Source: Vicinamibacterales bacterium
GTDB taxonomy: Bacteria > Acidobacteriota > Vicinamibacteria > Vicinamibacterales > UBA8438
DNA: 64,000 nt
Assembly: GCA_965237405.1 (NCBI GenBank)
Contig: OZ250139.1
Span: 1,562,820-1,626,819, forward strand
Direction: 5' to 3'
Shown one piece after another: positions 1 to 10,932 of this stretch. Under the pieces are notes generated by a model, which was not told the DNA's origin, made no database searches, and saw nothing but the letters and a program-made list of their open reading frames with translations. The first letter of the stretch is position 1. The number at the start of each line of letters is the position of its first letter. The position numbers were made by a program, and so were the translations under genes.

Positions 1-6
1 CGCCCG

Positions 7-1599
7 ATGATCCTCATCGGATCGACCACGAAGGGGTGGTGGCCGACCGCCGAGGACGGTAAGGTCGGTGGGCATGACCAGCTCATCAGCTATCCATCTC
101 ACCCCTACGCGCTCAAGATGAACAGCGATTACTTCGTCGCTTTGGCCGAGTCCTTCGAGCGCACGTACGGCATCGAGTTTGAAGGCATCCGTGACGGAAT
201 CCCAAAGACTGACGCGGACCGCCTGGTCCAGTTCAAGACGAACGTCGACAAACTGATGTCGGTCATGGACCAGCGCGATGGGCTACGCGAATGGATCGCC
301 GAGCAGGTGATCGACATCGCGGAAATGGTTGATCGCAAGCCTTCCCTGAGAATCGATCCGACAGCTAACCCGTTTCTCGATGATCGTCTAAAGGTCGAGA
401 ATCTTCCGACCGACCCGTATGACGTCGTCGTCGAAAACGCATACTCCGGCGAAAACGTCAAACGCCGAATTGCTCTGTTCCTTGAACCAGGCCTAAAGAA
501 AGGCCCCCGACGTGCGATCAGCGAGATCGGAGCCTGGCTCAACTACGTGACAGACGGCCGCTTCATGACGATGGCTGCGGATCTGTCGGGGTCAATCAAC
601 ATCGAGAATGCCAACATCCTTGGCCACTACGACCCAGTCGACAATCCGTATGGAACGCGGCTCAAAGCCGCGATTCAAGAAGCCGGCAACGCATCGACAA
701 TCATCGGGCTGATTAGTCAGAATGCCTCCAGCGATCCCGATCAATTCGCGGGCATGTGGGGTATATCCGGCACCTACGGAGCCTTCACACCGCTGATGTA
801 CACGCCCGCGCGCGTCTTTTCCCAGATGAATCAGGACAGTCCGTTCAAGCTCGGAGTGTTGCACATCCTAGCTGGTCATTCCGGCCCGGAAACCGCGGCT
901 GACGCCCGCACACACTTTGGCATTTTTGCCCCGCAAGCCTGGACGCTCCTCCCTCGCGGCCAGGTCATCAACCTCTACTTCTGGGACTATAATGACGTGG
1001 CTCCGGGCTACTTTGCGGCCGTCCAAAAAGCACTCCAAATCAAGGAGATCGGCATCATCGTCATCCATGTGGCACGACCGGACTTCCCGGTATCCGATCG
1101 CTCAACCTTCGCCGACACCGACCTCAAAGCGGCGTCCAAGGGCCTCTACTTGATTCGAGAATACGACAATACCAAGCCCCCAATGGGAACGGTATTCGTG
1201 CAGGGTTCGAGTTCGACGATGAACCTCGTAAAAATCTTTCCACGGCTTGACGAGGACGGTATCAACGTTCGCATCGTGTCGGTCATCAGCACCGAGCTCT
1301 TCGGCTACCAGCCCCAAGAGTACCAGCAGAACTTATTACCAGCTTCGTCGCGCTACGACTGCATGGTCGTTAGTACGATGACCAAACGCGTTCCGCCGAT
1401 TCCGAACCTCGGACCCGTCACCGAGGACTACTCGCTCTATGCGGACTTCGACGATCGCTGGAGAAGCGGAGGAACGGAATCCGACGTTATTGCCGAATCC
1501 CACCTCGACGAGGAATCAATCTACCAGGGAATCGCCCGCTTCGCGCGAGAACGCGATGCCCGTCTCGATCGACAACGTACTGCACTGGAGACACTCTGA
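7..1599 (+). CDS. Transketolase-like / thiamine diphosphate-dependent enzyme, C-terminal part (gene begins before the window)
   Basis: Open frame from the window edge; motifs ADLSGS, TYGAF and GHSGPETAADARTH resemble the transketolase pyrimidine-binding and C-terminal domains. Confidence 0.75.
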   Translation: MILIGSTTKGWWPTAEDGKVGGHDQLISYPSHPYALKMNSDYFVALAESFERTYGIEFEGIRDGIPKTDADRLVQFKTNVDKLMSVMDQRDGLREWIAEQVIDIAEMVDRKPSLRIDPTANPFLDDRLKVENLPTDPYDVVVENAYSGENVKRRIALFLEPGLKKGPRRAISEIGAWLNYVTDGRFMTMAADLSGSINIENANILGHYDPVDNPYGTRLKAAIQEAGNASTIIGLISQNASSDPDQFAGMWGISGTYGAFTPLMYTPARVFSQMNQDSPFKLGVLHILAGHSGPETAADARTHFGIFAPQAWTLLPRGQVINLYFWDYNDVAPGYFAAVQKALQIKEIGIIVIHVARPDFPVSDRSTFADTDLKAASKGLYLIREYDNTKPPMGTVFVQGSSSTMNLVKIFPRLDEDGINVRIVSVISTELFGYQPQEYQQNLLPASSRYDCMVVSTMTKRVPPIPNLGPVTEDYSLYADFDDRWRSGGTESDVIAESHLDEESIYQGIARFARERDARLDRQRTALETL

Positions 1600-1640
1600 G
1601 GGGCCTATGGACGTCGAGCTTTACGGCATATGACGACTAG

Positions 1641-3431
1641 ATGAGATTACTCAGGTTATTGCTCTTCGTTGTGATGCTATTACTCGTGGGAGGCGCCTCA
1701 ACCCAGGTGCAGGTCCAAGACCGTTACCGCCCGGTCACGCAAGAAGCACTAAACGATCCCGACCCGGCGGATTGGCCCATGTGGCGACGGACGTACAACG
1801 GGTGGGGATACAGCCCGCTCGATCAGATCAACCGTGACAACGTGAACCAGTTGCAGCTCGTTTGGTCCTACGCGCTCGCTCCCTACGACAGAGGACTGCA
1901 GACCGAGCCCGTCGTCCACGATGGCATCCTCTATCTACGCCACCCGTCGGAACTGCTTGCCGCACACGACGCCACGACAGGCGACCTCATTTGGGACTAC
2001 CGCCGGCAGTTCCCCGACGACCTTGTTGGCCTCGGGGGAATCACGCTCCACAGGGGACGAGGTCTGGCGCTGTACGAGGAAAAGCTGATCAACTTCTCGA
2101 CGGACGGATTCCTCTACGCCGTTGACGCTCGGACCGGTCAGCTTATCTGGGAAACCCTGATGTTCGATGTCTTCGAGACGAGACACCAAGCGAGTGGCGC
2201 GCCGATCGTATACGACGGGGTCATCGCTGTCCCCGTCAACTGCACGAACAACGCGTCGGCCGCTGCTTGTCATTTGTCCGCCTACGACACCGACACGGGA
2301 CGACGATTGTGGCGATGGTATACGTCGCCAGGTCGAGACGATCCCCTGCACCATACGTGGGGAGAAGACCCTCAGAAGTACGCGCGTGAATCGCGGCTCA
2401 ACACCTCTCCCTGGATGACACCAGCCGTCGATGCCGAGCGCGGGCTGTTCATCGTTGGCATCGGATCGTCTGCACCGATGCAACCCGAGATCGTCGGCAC
2501 AAGCGGCGAGTGGCCCGACCGCCTATATCACGGGTCAACTGTCGCGCTGAACTACCAAACAGGCGAGGTGGTGTGGTGGGCGCAGCACCAGTCTGACATG
2601 CACAATAACGATTCGGTCTTTGACCGGATTCTCGTCGACGTACCGGTGGACCCATACGACACTGAGGCTCCGTGGCTGGGTCGGAACCCGAGTCTCCAGC
2701 CGGGCGAGACCCGACCCTTGGTCGTCGGCGCGTTCTCCAAGGACGGGATCTTCTACGCGTATGACAGAACAGATGGAAAGTTCGTCTACGCCCGGGAAAC
2801 GGCCCCGCAGAACGCTATCGTTCGCTACGATGGTGAAACTGGAGCATACGTCATGAACCCCGAAGTTTTCATGACGACCGACCTATCGCGCGTCGTGTCA
2901 GTCTGTAAAGAGAACCGCATGATCCCCCAGGGTGCCTATAGTCCGCTGACGAACGCCTACTACGTACCATTATGGGCCGGATGTGCTGACCTGCAAACAA
3001 CCACGCTGACGCCCTCGCTTGAGGATGGCTACAACTTTTCGATTCTGAGGAGTTACGTGAACCCCGAGTCCGCAACCTTCGGGCGGCCGGAGGCCATAGA
3101 GGTCACTACCGGGAAAACACTCTGGCGTTTGGACCGTGAGGCTCCACTTTACGGCATGCTGACCACCGGCGGTGGTCTCGTCTTCGCCGCGGACACTTAC
3201 CGGCGCTTTCAGGCCCTTGACCAGTGGACCGGCGAAGTCCTCTGGCAGACCATTCTCAGCGGGCTGAGCGATATGGCGCCGATTTCCTATGCGGTGGACG
3301 GTCGACAGTATGTAGCGGTGATCTCGCCCGGCGGCACATTCGTCGCCCGAGGCCACCGCGGGCGGTTGAACATCCAAGTTCCGACCACCGGCCAGACCTT
3401 GTTTGTCTTTGCGTTACCGGAAGCCCCGTAG
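1641..3431 (+). CDS. Secreted PQQ-dependent dehydrogenase-family beta-propeller protein
   Basis: Signal peptide; DWPMWRRTYNGWGYSPLDQIN; repeated AxDxxTGxxxW docking motifs; C-terminal PISYAVDGRQYVAV...FVFALP. Confidence 0.85.
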   Translation: MRLLRLLLFVVMLLLVGGASTQVQVQDRYRPVTQEALNDPDPADWPMWRRTYNGWGYSPLDQINRDNVNQLQLVWSYALAPYDRGLQTEPVVHDGILYLRHPSELLAAHDATTGDLIWDYRRQFPDDLVGLGGITLHRGRGLALYEEKLINFSTDGFLYAVDARTGQLIWETLMFDVFETRHQASGAPIVYDGVIAVPVNCTNNASAAACHLSAYDTDTGRRLWRWYTSPGRDDPLHHTWGEDPQKYARESRLNTSPWMTPAVDAERGLFIVGIGSSAPMQPEIVGTSGEWPDRLYHGSTVALNYQTGEVVWWAQHQSDMHNNDSVFDRILVDVPVDPYDTEAPWLGRNPSLQPGETRPLVVGAFSKDGIFYAYDRTDGKFVYARETAPQNAIVRYDGETGAYVMNPEVFMTTDLSRVVSVCKENRMIPQGAYSPLTNAYYVPLWAGCADLQTTTLTPSLEDGYNFSILRSYVNPESATFGRPEAIEVTTGKTLWRLDREAPLYGMLTTGGGLVFAADTYRRFQALDQWTGEVLWQTILSGLSDMAPISYAVDGRQYVAVISPGGTFVARGHRGRLNIQVPTTGQTLFVFALPEAP

Positions 3432-3560
3432 ACATCCACACTCTCTCTTCTACCGTTCGCGGCACGATCCCGGCATGAATGGATCGGTCGACGTGATTCC
3501 CCCGCCGAACCTCGCACTGTGGCGAGACGCGTGACTAGCTAATAACCAAGAGAGGATTAT

Positions 3561-3636
3561 TGGTGCCGAGGGGCAGAATCGAACTGCCGACACCGTGATT
3601 TTCAGTCACGTGCTCTACCGACTGAGCTACCTCGGC
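3561..3636 (-). tRNA. tRNA-Phe (GAA)
   Basis: Reverse complement GCCGAGGTAGCTCAGTCGGTAGAGCACGTGACTGAAAATCACGGTGTCGGCAGTTCGATTCTGCCCCTCGGCACCA: 76 nt, cloverleaf, GAA anticodon, TTCGA T-loop, CCA end. Confidence 0.97.
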
Positions 3637-3788
3637 ATTGGTGAGTACAACTGACCCCGCTGCAGGTAGTTAGGGCCGGCGGCGCTGGACAACGGAGTCT
3701 TAAAGATACGGCAGATCCCTCTCTGTGTGCAACGAATCACCAATTTATTCGCTTCGCCAGCCAGTGTCCAAATAAGTAAACTCCGTGC

Positions 3789-5828
3789 ATGACCTTGCGG
3801 ACCACTGCCTTGCGAGTCGGCTCTCTCATTCCTCTAGTACTTGTTCTGGCAGTCGCGGGACAGCCTGACTCGGTTCGGGTCGAACCGTCGTTCGGTATTG
3901 CGGGTGACTTCGGGACGTGGACTGTCACGTACGAGGTTGGGTCCGGCGGCATACAGCCTGGCGGATCAATCCGCGTCCAGCTGCCGGACACGTGGCACGC
4001 GGCGGGGCGCAACTCCGCAAACCGCCTGCAGGCGACCGACGCCAAGGACGATCACTACGTCTCGGCCCACGCCTCGCGACCCGACGTGCGCCTCCGGACC
4101 AAGGTCGAGGATGAATCGCCGAACTTTCTCGTGAAGTCGGACCGCAGAAGCATTGACCGGCGGCAAGAACGCTATGTCTTTGTCGTCCGTGTCACGGTCG
4201 AAGAAGGGAGCCTGTCGACGGGCGACACGATCGACGTCGTCTACGGCGAGACGTCCGGAGGCAGTCGCGGGATGCGCGCGGCCATCGTGAACACGACCCC
4301 CGAGCCGATTCTCATGGCTGTCGATCGCGACGGCAGCGGAAACTACGAGCTGCTGCCCGATGGTCCGACGCTCATCTCAAGAAGCGCGACGGCGACTGAG
4401 CTCCTGGTGGTGGGTCCGTCGACCCTCGTCGTCGGTGAGCCGGCAGTGCTTCACATCGCGGTCGTCGACGTCTACGCGAACCCGGTGACGTCCTTCCGGG
4501 ACAACGTCGCACTCCGGGTCATCCAAGGTGACGTCGACTTACCGGCGACGGTTCGGTTGACTGAAGACCGTGGACACGGCACGGTCAAGTTCACGCCGCG
4601 TAGCGCAGGGCTGATTCGCGTGGAAGCCGATACGCGGGACGGGCTCCTGCGGGCACGCGGCAATCCGATGCAGGTCTTCGATGTACCTCCCACGGATCGA
4701 ATCTACTGGGGGGATCTGCACTCCCACACCAGGCACAGCTGGGACGCCGTCGGTGTAGGCGATGCGGCATTTGAGTACGCGCGATACGTCTCGGGGCTCG
4801 ATTTCTACGCCGTGACCGACCACCTCGGCCGACGACGGGATCAAGAGGGGTTCACGCACGGGTTTGGACCGTGGGCCTGGGAAGAGTACACGGCTGCAAC
4901 CGACGCCCACAACGATCCTGGCAGCTTTGCCACCTTGCATGCGTATGAATCTGGGTTTGGTGCGCCCTATGGGCATCACAACGTGTTCTTTCGGAGCGCC
5001 GCGCCCGGACCACTCGCCTTGCCCTCGCTACCCGAGCTGTGGGCCGCGCTTGAAGCCGGCCAAGCCCTCACCATCCCCCACCACACGGGCAAGTTCCCCT
5101 TAGGCGTCACGAGCGAGGCCCACGATCCCGAACTCCGTCGGAACTTCGAGATCTACTCGGGACACGGGCTGAGCGAGGCCTATAACCCGGCGCATCCGCT
5201 AGCTCCCGAGAACGTGGTCTTCACCAACTCGTCGAGTTCCGCCTACCCAGGCTTCTCCGCTCAGGATGCATGGATCGACGGACTGGTCTTAAGCGCAATC
5301 GGATCATCAGACGATCACCGTTCGCACCCCGGCCAACCCCACTTCGGGCTCGCCGCGGTCACGGCGCCCGAGTTGACGCGCGAGGCAATTTTCGACGGGC
5401 TCTATCAGCGACGAACCTACGCCACGACCGGCGCACGCATCCTGCTCGACTTCCGTGTCAACGACGCGCCGATGGGCACCGAGACGACCGCCGAGTCGCA
5501 GGAGCCCGTGGCCATCAGTGAGGCGCCACAAGCAGGAACCATAGGTAAAATCAGGCCGACGAGCCGCCTACCACGCCTCCTGGTGTCTGCGCACGGCACC
5601 GACGTCATCGAGTCAGTCGAGATCCTGCGCTACTCGGAGCCGGACGGCGGCTTCACGGTCATCGTCGATCTGGAGCCCAACGCGCTCGACTTCGAGTGGT
5701 CGGGAATCGACGGGAACTTCCGTGACGACGCAGTCTACTACCTTCGCCTGCGACAACGTGGGACCATCCGAGGCCGGGCCGTCATGGCATGGTCGAGCCC
5801 GGTATGGGTTAAACGCGCCGCCGACTAG
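3789..5828 (+). CDS. Secreted DUF3604 / PHP-like metallohydrolase domain protein
   Basis: Signal peptide; WGDLHSHT, VTDH, IPHH and GSSDDH metal-binding motifs; C-terminal YYLRLRQ...AWSSPVW. Confidence 0.75.
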   Translation: MTLRTTALRVGSLIPLVLVLAVAGQPDSVRVEPSFGIAGDFGTWTVTYEVGSGGIQPGGSIRVQLPDTWHAAGRNSANRLQATDAKDDHYVSAHASRPDVRLRTKVEDESPNFLVKSDRRSIDRRQERYVFVVRVTVEEGSLSTGDTIDVVYGETSGGSRGMRAAIVNTTPEPILMAVDRDGSGNYELLPDGPTLISRSATATELLVVGPSTLVVGEPAVLHIAVVDVYANPVTSFRDNVALRVIQGDVDLPATVRLTEDRGHGTVKFTPRSAGLIRVEADTRDGLLRARGNPMQVFDVPPTDRIYWGDLHSHTRHSWDAVGVGDAAFEYARYVSGLDFYAVTDHLGRRRDQEGFTHGFGPWAWEEYTAATDAHNDPGSFATLHAYESGFGAPYGHHNVFFRSAAPGPLALPSLPELWAALEAGQALTIPHHTGKFPLGVTSEAHDPELRRNFEIYSGHGLSEAYNPAHPLAPENVVFTNSSSSAYPGFSAQDAWIDGLVLSAIGSSDDHRSHPGQPHFGLAAVTAPELTREAIFDGLYQRRTYATTGARILLDFRVNDAPMGTETTAESQEPVAISEAPQAGTIGKIRPTSRLPRLLVSAHGTDVIESVEILRYSEPDGGFTVIVDLEPNALDFEWSGIDGNFRDDAVYYLRLRQRGTIRGRAVMAWSSPVWVKRAAD

Positions 5829-6226
5829 CGGACGTGTCTTCTGTCAGGCACCATCATCTTGCTGCGAAGTAGCATTCGATCAAATGTTTTCTTCGTTACG
5901 CCCACGCGCCAAGTCCTCCGGATATTGCACGAAGCCCGAATGGCGGCCAAGGGCCTACAATCTTGGTTCCATTCGATTGTGGCCCGCCCTATTCGACACG
6001 AAGCACGAACGGATCGACCATCTGATCCGACTCGGAACGACGAACCTAGAAATTAACGGGGTGAGCCACTGCTGAAATCACCGTCGTAAAGACCCCGACC
6101 GGACATCAATGCTGTCGGCAATCGCTCAAGTCCTCAGCATCTAGAGGAATCGCTTGGCGCGACAAAATAATTCGGTGTAGGCTCTTCAAGCAACCAAAGA
6201 ACAGCGGCAATCCTAGGGAGATAAAC

Positions 6227-6874
6227 ATGCCTCAGGCATCAGAGACTACGTGCAAAGCATTAGGAATGGCAGTGCTCGTGTCGTTAGTTGCATCCGCGGC
6301 ATACGGGCAAGGGATCGTACGTGGCAAGCTTATGGACAAGTGGGGCAACACCCTGGCCAATGTTAGCGTCCTTGCCGAGCCCGTTTCTAATGATAAAGAC
6401 GGGCGCAACGATCGTCCCAAGGAAACGACGACCGACGAAAAAGGGCAATATGTTCTAGCGGGAATGTTCGCGACTGAATATCTCATCACGTACCGCTTAG
6501 CCGGCTATCAAGGGGTCCGCTTCAGGGTCAGGCCTACCTCACAGTTCGGGGCCAACTCAACAACTACGCACCGCCAAGACTTCGAGATGGACGCCCTTCC
6601 GCCCGGAGGCAAACTCCGGGGGAAGCAGACCTTTGAGGCCGATGGGGGAGTGCCCAAAATCTCCTTCGACGAAGATGGGACCTTTAAATTCGAGGATGTT
6701 GAGGGCGATGGTGAGGGCACCTACGGCGTGGTTGAACTGACTGGAATGTTAACCGTCCGAGACTACGACGGACCCGACGACAAATACTCGATCATGGCAC
6801 CGTTCAACATAGGCTTTACCAACGATCGATTCACGAGTTTCAGTTGGGGCGATGCGACGCTCATGAAGAAGTGA
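6227..6874 (+). CDS. Secreted protein with carboxypeptidase-regulatory-like (Ig-like) domain, paralog 1
   Basis: Signal peptide ending AYG-Q; VRGKLMDKWG..V.V..TTTDEKGQY pattern; SD GGGAGA upstream. Confidence 0.7.
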   Translation: MPQASETTCKALGMAVLVSLVASAAYGQGIVRGKLMDKWGNTLANVSVLAEPVSNDKDGRNDRPKETTTDEKGQYVLAGMFATEYLITYRLAGYQGVRFRVRPTSQFGANSTTTHRQDFEMDALPPGGKLRGKQTFEADGGVPKISFDEDGTFKFEDVEGDGEGTYGVVELTGMLTVRDYDGPDDKYSIMAPFNIGFTNDRFTSFSWGDATLMKK

Positions 6875-6911
6875 GCACGTCTAAAAGTTGAGGTTAAGGA
6901 GGAGGATATAG

Positions 6912-7562
6912 ATGGTTCGACGGCGGCACATAACGTTCATGGTGGTGGGAATTGCAGTGCTCTTGTCGGCCGCATCGTCGGCATACGCGCAGGGGGTTGT
7001 TCGCGGACAGGTTATGGATAAGTGGGATAACCCTATTCCCAATGTTCAAGTCAAAGCCGTAATCATACTGAACCAAGATATACAGTGCCGAGGTCTCGAC
7101 GACGACGAACTCGAGCCGCGGGAAATGACGAGCAACGATGATGGATGGTTCTTTGGCAGGGACTTTCGCTTGGGAGGAAGCTACGAAATCACGTACGAGG
7201 CTGATGGGTATTTAACAAATGACGACATGTTGACAATCTCCCGCGGCTTCGATCCAAATACCATCAAGATTGTGCTCCAGGTTAGTCCTACAGGGGAACG
7301 ATTTCGCGGTACGCGTGTCTACGAGGCCGAAGGGGGAATCCCAAAGTTCGCCTTCGAACAAAATGGAAGCTTTACGTTCACGGAAGCCGATGGCAAGGGC
7401 GAGGGCACCTACGGCATCGTCGAACGGACTGTTGTCCTAGTCGTCCGATCCTACGATGGGCCAGACGACAAGTATCCGATCGCAGTCCCGATCGAGGTGC
7501 CCTTCTACAGCAGCGTGTTTCCGAGCTTCACCTGGGAAGAGGTAAAGCTCAGCGTGCAATGA
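6912..7562 (+). CDS. Secreted protein with carboxypeptidase-regulatory-like domain, paralog 2
   Basis: Strong SD AAGGAGGAGG; shares MDKW, EAxGGxPK, GEGTYG and YDGPDDKY with the preceding gene. Confidence 0.7.
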   Translation: MVRRRHITFMVVGIAVLLSAASSAYAQGVVRGQVMDKWDNPIPNVQVKAVIILNQDIQCRGLDDDELEPREMTSNDDGWFFGRDFRLGGSYEITYEADGYLTNDDMLTISRGFDPNTIKIVLQVSPTGERFRGTRVYEAEGGIPKFAFEQNGSFTFTEADGKGEGTYGIVERTVVLVVRSYDGPDDKYPIAVPIEVPFYSSVFPSFTWEEVKLSVQ

Positions 7563-8077
7563 CCGAGCCCACGGGTTCGGTCGTGCGTCGCCGAGTGTCG
7601 CGGCGGGAGTTCGCCTCCATCGGTGCTGCGGCAATGCTTCCGGTTCACGCAGTCAGCTCCGCACAATCAGAGAGCACCGGGCTTCGGTCAGCATTCTTAA
7701 TGAACCTGGAGCTAGACGTCGGTGCCGCGCAGTCACTCGGCTCGCGTCAGATCCATCCGGTAATCGGCGGCACTTTCGAAGGCCCACGACTTCGGGGTGT
7801 CGTACTCGAGGGCGGAGGCGACTGGCTCATCCGCAGGCCAGACGGTGCGAACGAGCTCAACGTTCGCGCGACTCTGCAGGCCGATGACAATGAGTTAATC
7901 TACTTGTGGTACCGCGGCATTATCTTCACTCCCGAGAGCGGCGAGACCTATTGGCGCACCACGCCAGTCTTTGAAACTGCCTCTGAGCAGTACGGGTGGC
8001 TCAACCGGATTATCGCCGTTGGCGTGGGGCGGCCGGTGCCGGGCAAAGCAGCGTATCGAGTCTTCCAGATCCTGTAG
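7559..8077 (+). CDS. DUF3237 family protein with Tat-like signal
   Basis: SRREF twin-arginine-like motif; GGTFEGPRLRG..GGDW, YWRTTPVFET and YGWLNR motifs. Confidence 0.8.
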   Translation: MTEPTGSVVRRRVSRREFASIGAAAMLPVHAVSSAQSESTGLRSAFLMNLELDVGAAQSLGSRQIHPVIGGTFEGPRLRGVVLEGGGDWLIRRPDGANELNVRATLQADDNELIYLWYRGIIFTPESGETYWRTTPVFETASEQYGWLNRIIAVGVGRPVPGKAAYRVFQIL

Positions 8078-8409
8078 GTTCAAGGACGGCCTGGTCCGGT
8101 GCTGCGGGGCCGCTACCTCGCCTACACTCGGGCATCTCCACCTAGGGCCGGCCACTCCGGTCGCCCTCGGTAGCGCAACGACGGACCACGAGCAAAAGAG
8201 CGGGCCGCTGGACGCCTGCATCCGCTCTTCGTGCTCGACGAAATGCAGTTTAGCGTCGGACGAAACCAAGATCTCGACCGACCGTGCGCCAGACCCTAAT
8301 CGCGCGCCTAGACGGCGGGGATCCGACATTCTTCGTGCAACGCGGCGGCAACATCTTCGAGGTTACGGTGACCGAGTGAACCTCGTGGACTACGGCCCAA
8401 CGTAGAGCA

Positions 8410-8862
8410 CTACCAGTCCCAGTTCCGCTCGTCCTCCATCCAGTACGCCCAGCAGTCTTGCGCTAAACCTCGGTCTTGGTACACTTCGGGCAACGCCGTC
8501 ATGTTGCCCAAGTACTCGACGATCTCTCCGTTGGCGTACCAAGTGGAAGTCACGCGGCCCTCATAAGGCTGCTCCTCGTCGAAGACGCGAGGCTCGACGA
8601 GTAACGAATCGATCACGACACGCCAGGCAATGGTTCCGCCCTCGCCATCGGGACCGGTGAACCGGAACTCATCGCCACCATACACAAAATCAGTGACAAG
8701 CTCGGTCGTCTGGATTCGCTCCGCAAATGAGTCGCGAAGGCTCTCCTCGTTCATCACCTCTTTGCTCCGACCAGCGTCGGCGTTCGGCCCCTGCGCTCCC
8801 GCGCACTCCGCGAGCGCCACCGGCGCGACCAGCACCAAGATCCACATGAATCCACGTGTCAT
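8410..8862 (-). CDS. Hypothetical secreted protein
   Basis: SD GGAGGAG before ATG; hydrophobic N-terminus; protein-like composition. Confidence 0.65.
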   Translation of the reverse strand: MTRGFMWILVLVAPVALAECAGAQGPNADAGRSKEVMNEESLRDSFAERIQTTELVTDFVYGGDEFRFTGPDGEGGTIAWRVVIDSLLVEPRVFDEEQPYEGRVTSTWYANGEIVEYLGNMTALPEVYQDRGLAQDCWAYWMEDERNWDW

Positions 8863-9189
8863 CGTTCTACTCCTCCGTGTTATACGGCCTCGGCCTTGAC
8901 GTGGTTGTCATTGTGAAGAAAGAAGTAACAAGTTCACAGGATAAACCACTGGCACCTGGGTCACGGACGATTTGGACGCACTAGAGCCAGAAGGGTCGAC
9001 CCTCCTTGATACAGGGGCTGGGTCGCAGGAAGAAACGGCGGTCTCGGGTCCACTCGGGATAACCGTCGAGTATCTCTAGCCTATTGAAGACTTGGCAGAG
9101 GGACTGGGATTCGGCGGTACTGCACCGTCGCGGTGCATCTCAACGGTGGCCGGGAAACATTTCGATCTGCAGGGTGTAGACTTTGGGTC

Positions 9190-10917
9190 ATGCATCACCC
9201 GTCGTCGGCCGCAGCGGTGGTGGCGATAACCGTATTTACTCTGGCTCCGGCGCTTGCAAACGCTCAGCTGAACGCGCAAGACGGCACTCCCCTAGCCGAA
9301 CTGCTGACTGAGATCGAGACCGTCGCGGCGCTGAGCGGTGAGCCTCTGATTGTCAGTGCCGCTGGGTTAACACGAGACGAGATACCGCTCATCACCATTG
9401 AGAACCCCTCGACTTTCGACTTACCCGGCTTCGAACGTCGCCTAGTGATCGTGGCCGGACTCGACGGCAACCCCGAGAGCGCGCGAATCGCCCTGGACGC
9501 CGTCCGTTGGTTCAAGACGGCTGCTCCAGACCAAACGCGTGCGCGGTGGGCAGTCAGCGTGTTGCCGTTGGCTAATCCGATTGCCAGTAACCCACCCGAC
9601 ACCTTTCCACCTACTGACGGGTTCTTCAACGACCCCGACCGGCCCGACAGCCGGTACGTTTGGCGCTGGGTCACATATCAGGCACCCGACCTTGTCGTCG
9701 AGGTGCGCGTCGGGCCCGAGCTTCAGATCAAGCGCTCAACCGATGCGAGTGGGAGACAATCCGATGATTTGGCGCGGGGTTCGCTTTTAAATGCACTAGC
9801 TGACCCCATGAACGGTAGTGGGCTCGGCCCGGTCGAGACCATGCTCGTGACCGCGCCCGCAACCGATGGTGCGAATGTTCTGCGCGAGGTGCTGGCGCGA
9901 ACAACGGATCGTCGGTCGCCGCTTCGCGCGACCATCGCGGAGCGACTCGCACGCGACCCGATCACCATCGCGCGTGTTCTCGCGCACCGCTATCCTGAAA
10001 CACCTCGTATGAGCTACATCCCTGGGGTCGCCTGGGTGAATACACTACGTATGGCCGCATTAACGAACGACCAAACCCTGCGGACGAAAGTACTTCGAGA
10101 CGTTCGCCTTTGGTTGGATGGTGAAGAACCCACATTCGGTGACTTTCCCGGCTGTCCAACGATTGCAGGCACGATGGTATTTAGCGAGATTGCTCGGTCG
10201 AATACCCTTCTGAAAGAGGTAGCGGCCAAACTCGCAGCCCATGGTCTTTCTGTGGCAGCCGAAGAAAGAGCCCCCGGTGTTCCGAGCCATGGGTCCGGAT
10301 GGAGTGACGACATGTTTCTCTGTACCGTTGCCGCAGCACACGCAGCTGACCCTGATGGGCTGAGTGCGAATGTTAGGTTACTTTTGAGATATGCCGATCG
10401 GCTGCAACAAGCTAATGGTTTGTTTCACCATGCATCTGACGCGCGGACGGCCTGGGGACGTGGTAACGGCTTTGCCGCCATGGGTCTCGCGGAGACGCTC
10501 ACGGCGCTACCGCAGGACGATCCCGATCGACCCGCCCTTCTCGACGTTTATCGCCGCCACATGCGTGGGTTGAGAGCCAACCAAGCGCCTGATGGTATGT
10601 TGAGACAGGTGGTCGACCTGCCTGGGAGCTACCGCGAGGCGAGCGTGACCGCGCTGACGCTAACCGCGATGGGCAGGGGGATTCGGTTTGGCTGGCTCGA
10701 CGATTCGTATGTGCCGGTCGTTCAGCGCGCGTGGCGCGCGCTGCTGGCCCACGTAGCCAATGACGGTACGCTGGTCGATGTCTGCATTAGCACCGGATCG
10801 GGACCGACGCTAAGACACTATCTCGACCGTACCGCAGTAAACGGTGCCGATGACCGTGGCGCTGCGTTGGCGCTCGGCGCGGCCTTGGAGATGCATATCC
10901 TGTCTGAGAGTCTGTAG
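9190..10917 (+). CDS. Glycoside hydrolase family 88/105-like protein with N-terminal M14 peptidase-like domain
   Basis: C-terminal WSDDMF, GLFHH, WGRGNGF and EASVTA motifs of unsaturated glucuronyl/rhamnogalacturonyl hydrolases; N-terminal IVAGLDG..VLPLANP..PDLVVEV; start placed at ATG 9190 (ORF track starts at 9133). Confidence 0.7.
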   Translation: MHHPSSAAAVVAITVFTLAPALANAQLNAQDGTPLAELLTEIETVAALSGEPLIVSAAGLTRDEIPLITIENPSTFDLPGFERRLVIVAGLDGNPESARIALDAVRWFKTAAPDQTRARWAVSVLPLANPIASNPPDTFPPTDGFFNDPDRPDSRYVWRWVTYQAPDLVVEVRVGPELQIKRSTDASGRQSDDLARGSLLNALADPMNGSGLGPVETMLVTAPATDGANVLREVLARTTDRRSPLRATIAERLARDPITIARVLAHRYPETPRMSYIPGVAWVNTLRMAALTNDQTLRTKVLRDVRLWLDGEEPTFGDFPGCPTIAGTMVFSEIARSNTLLKEVAAKLAAHGLSVAAEERAPGVPSHGSGWSDDMFLCTVAAAHAADPDGLSANVRLLLRYADRLQQANGLFHHASDARTAWGRGNGFAAMGLAETLTALPQDDPDRPALLDVYRRHMRGLRANQAPDGMLRQVVDLPGSYREASVTALTLTAMGRGIRFGWLDDSYVPVVQRAWRALLAHVANDGTLVDVCISTGSGPTLRHYLDRTAVNGADDRGAALALGAALEMHILSESL

Positions 10918-10932
10918 AAGAGGGAGAACATC

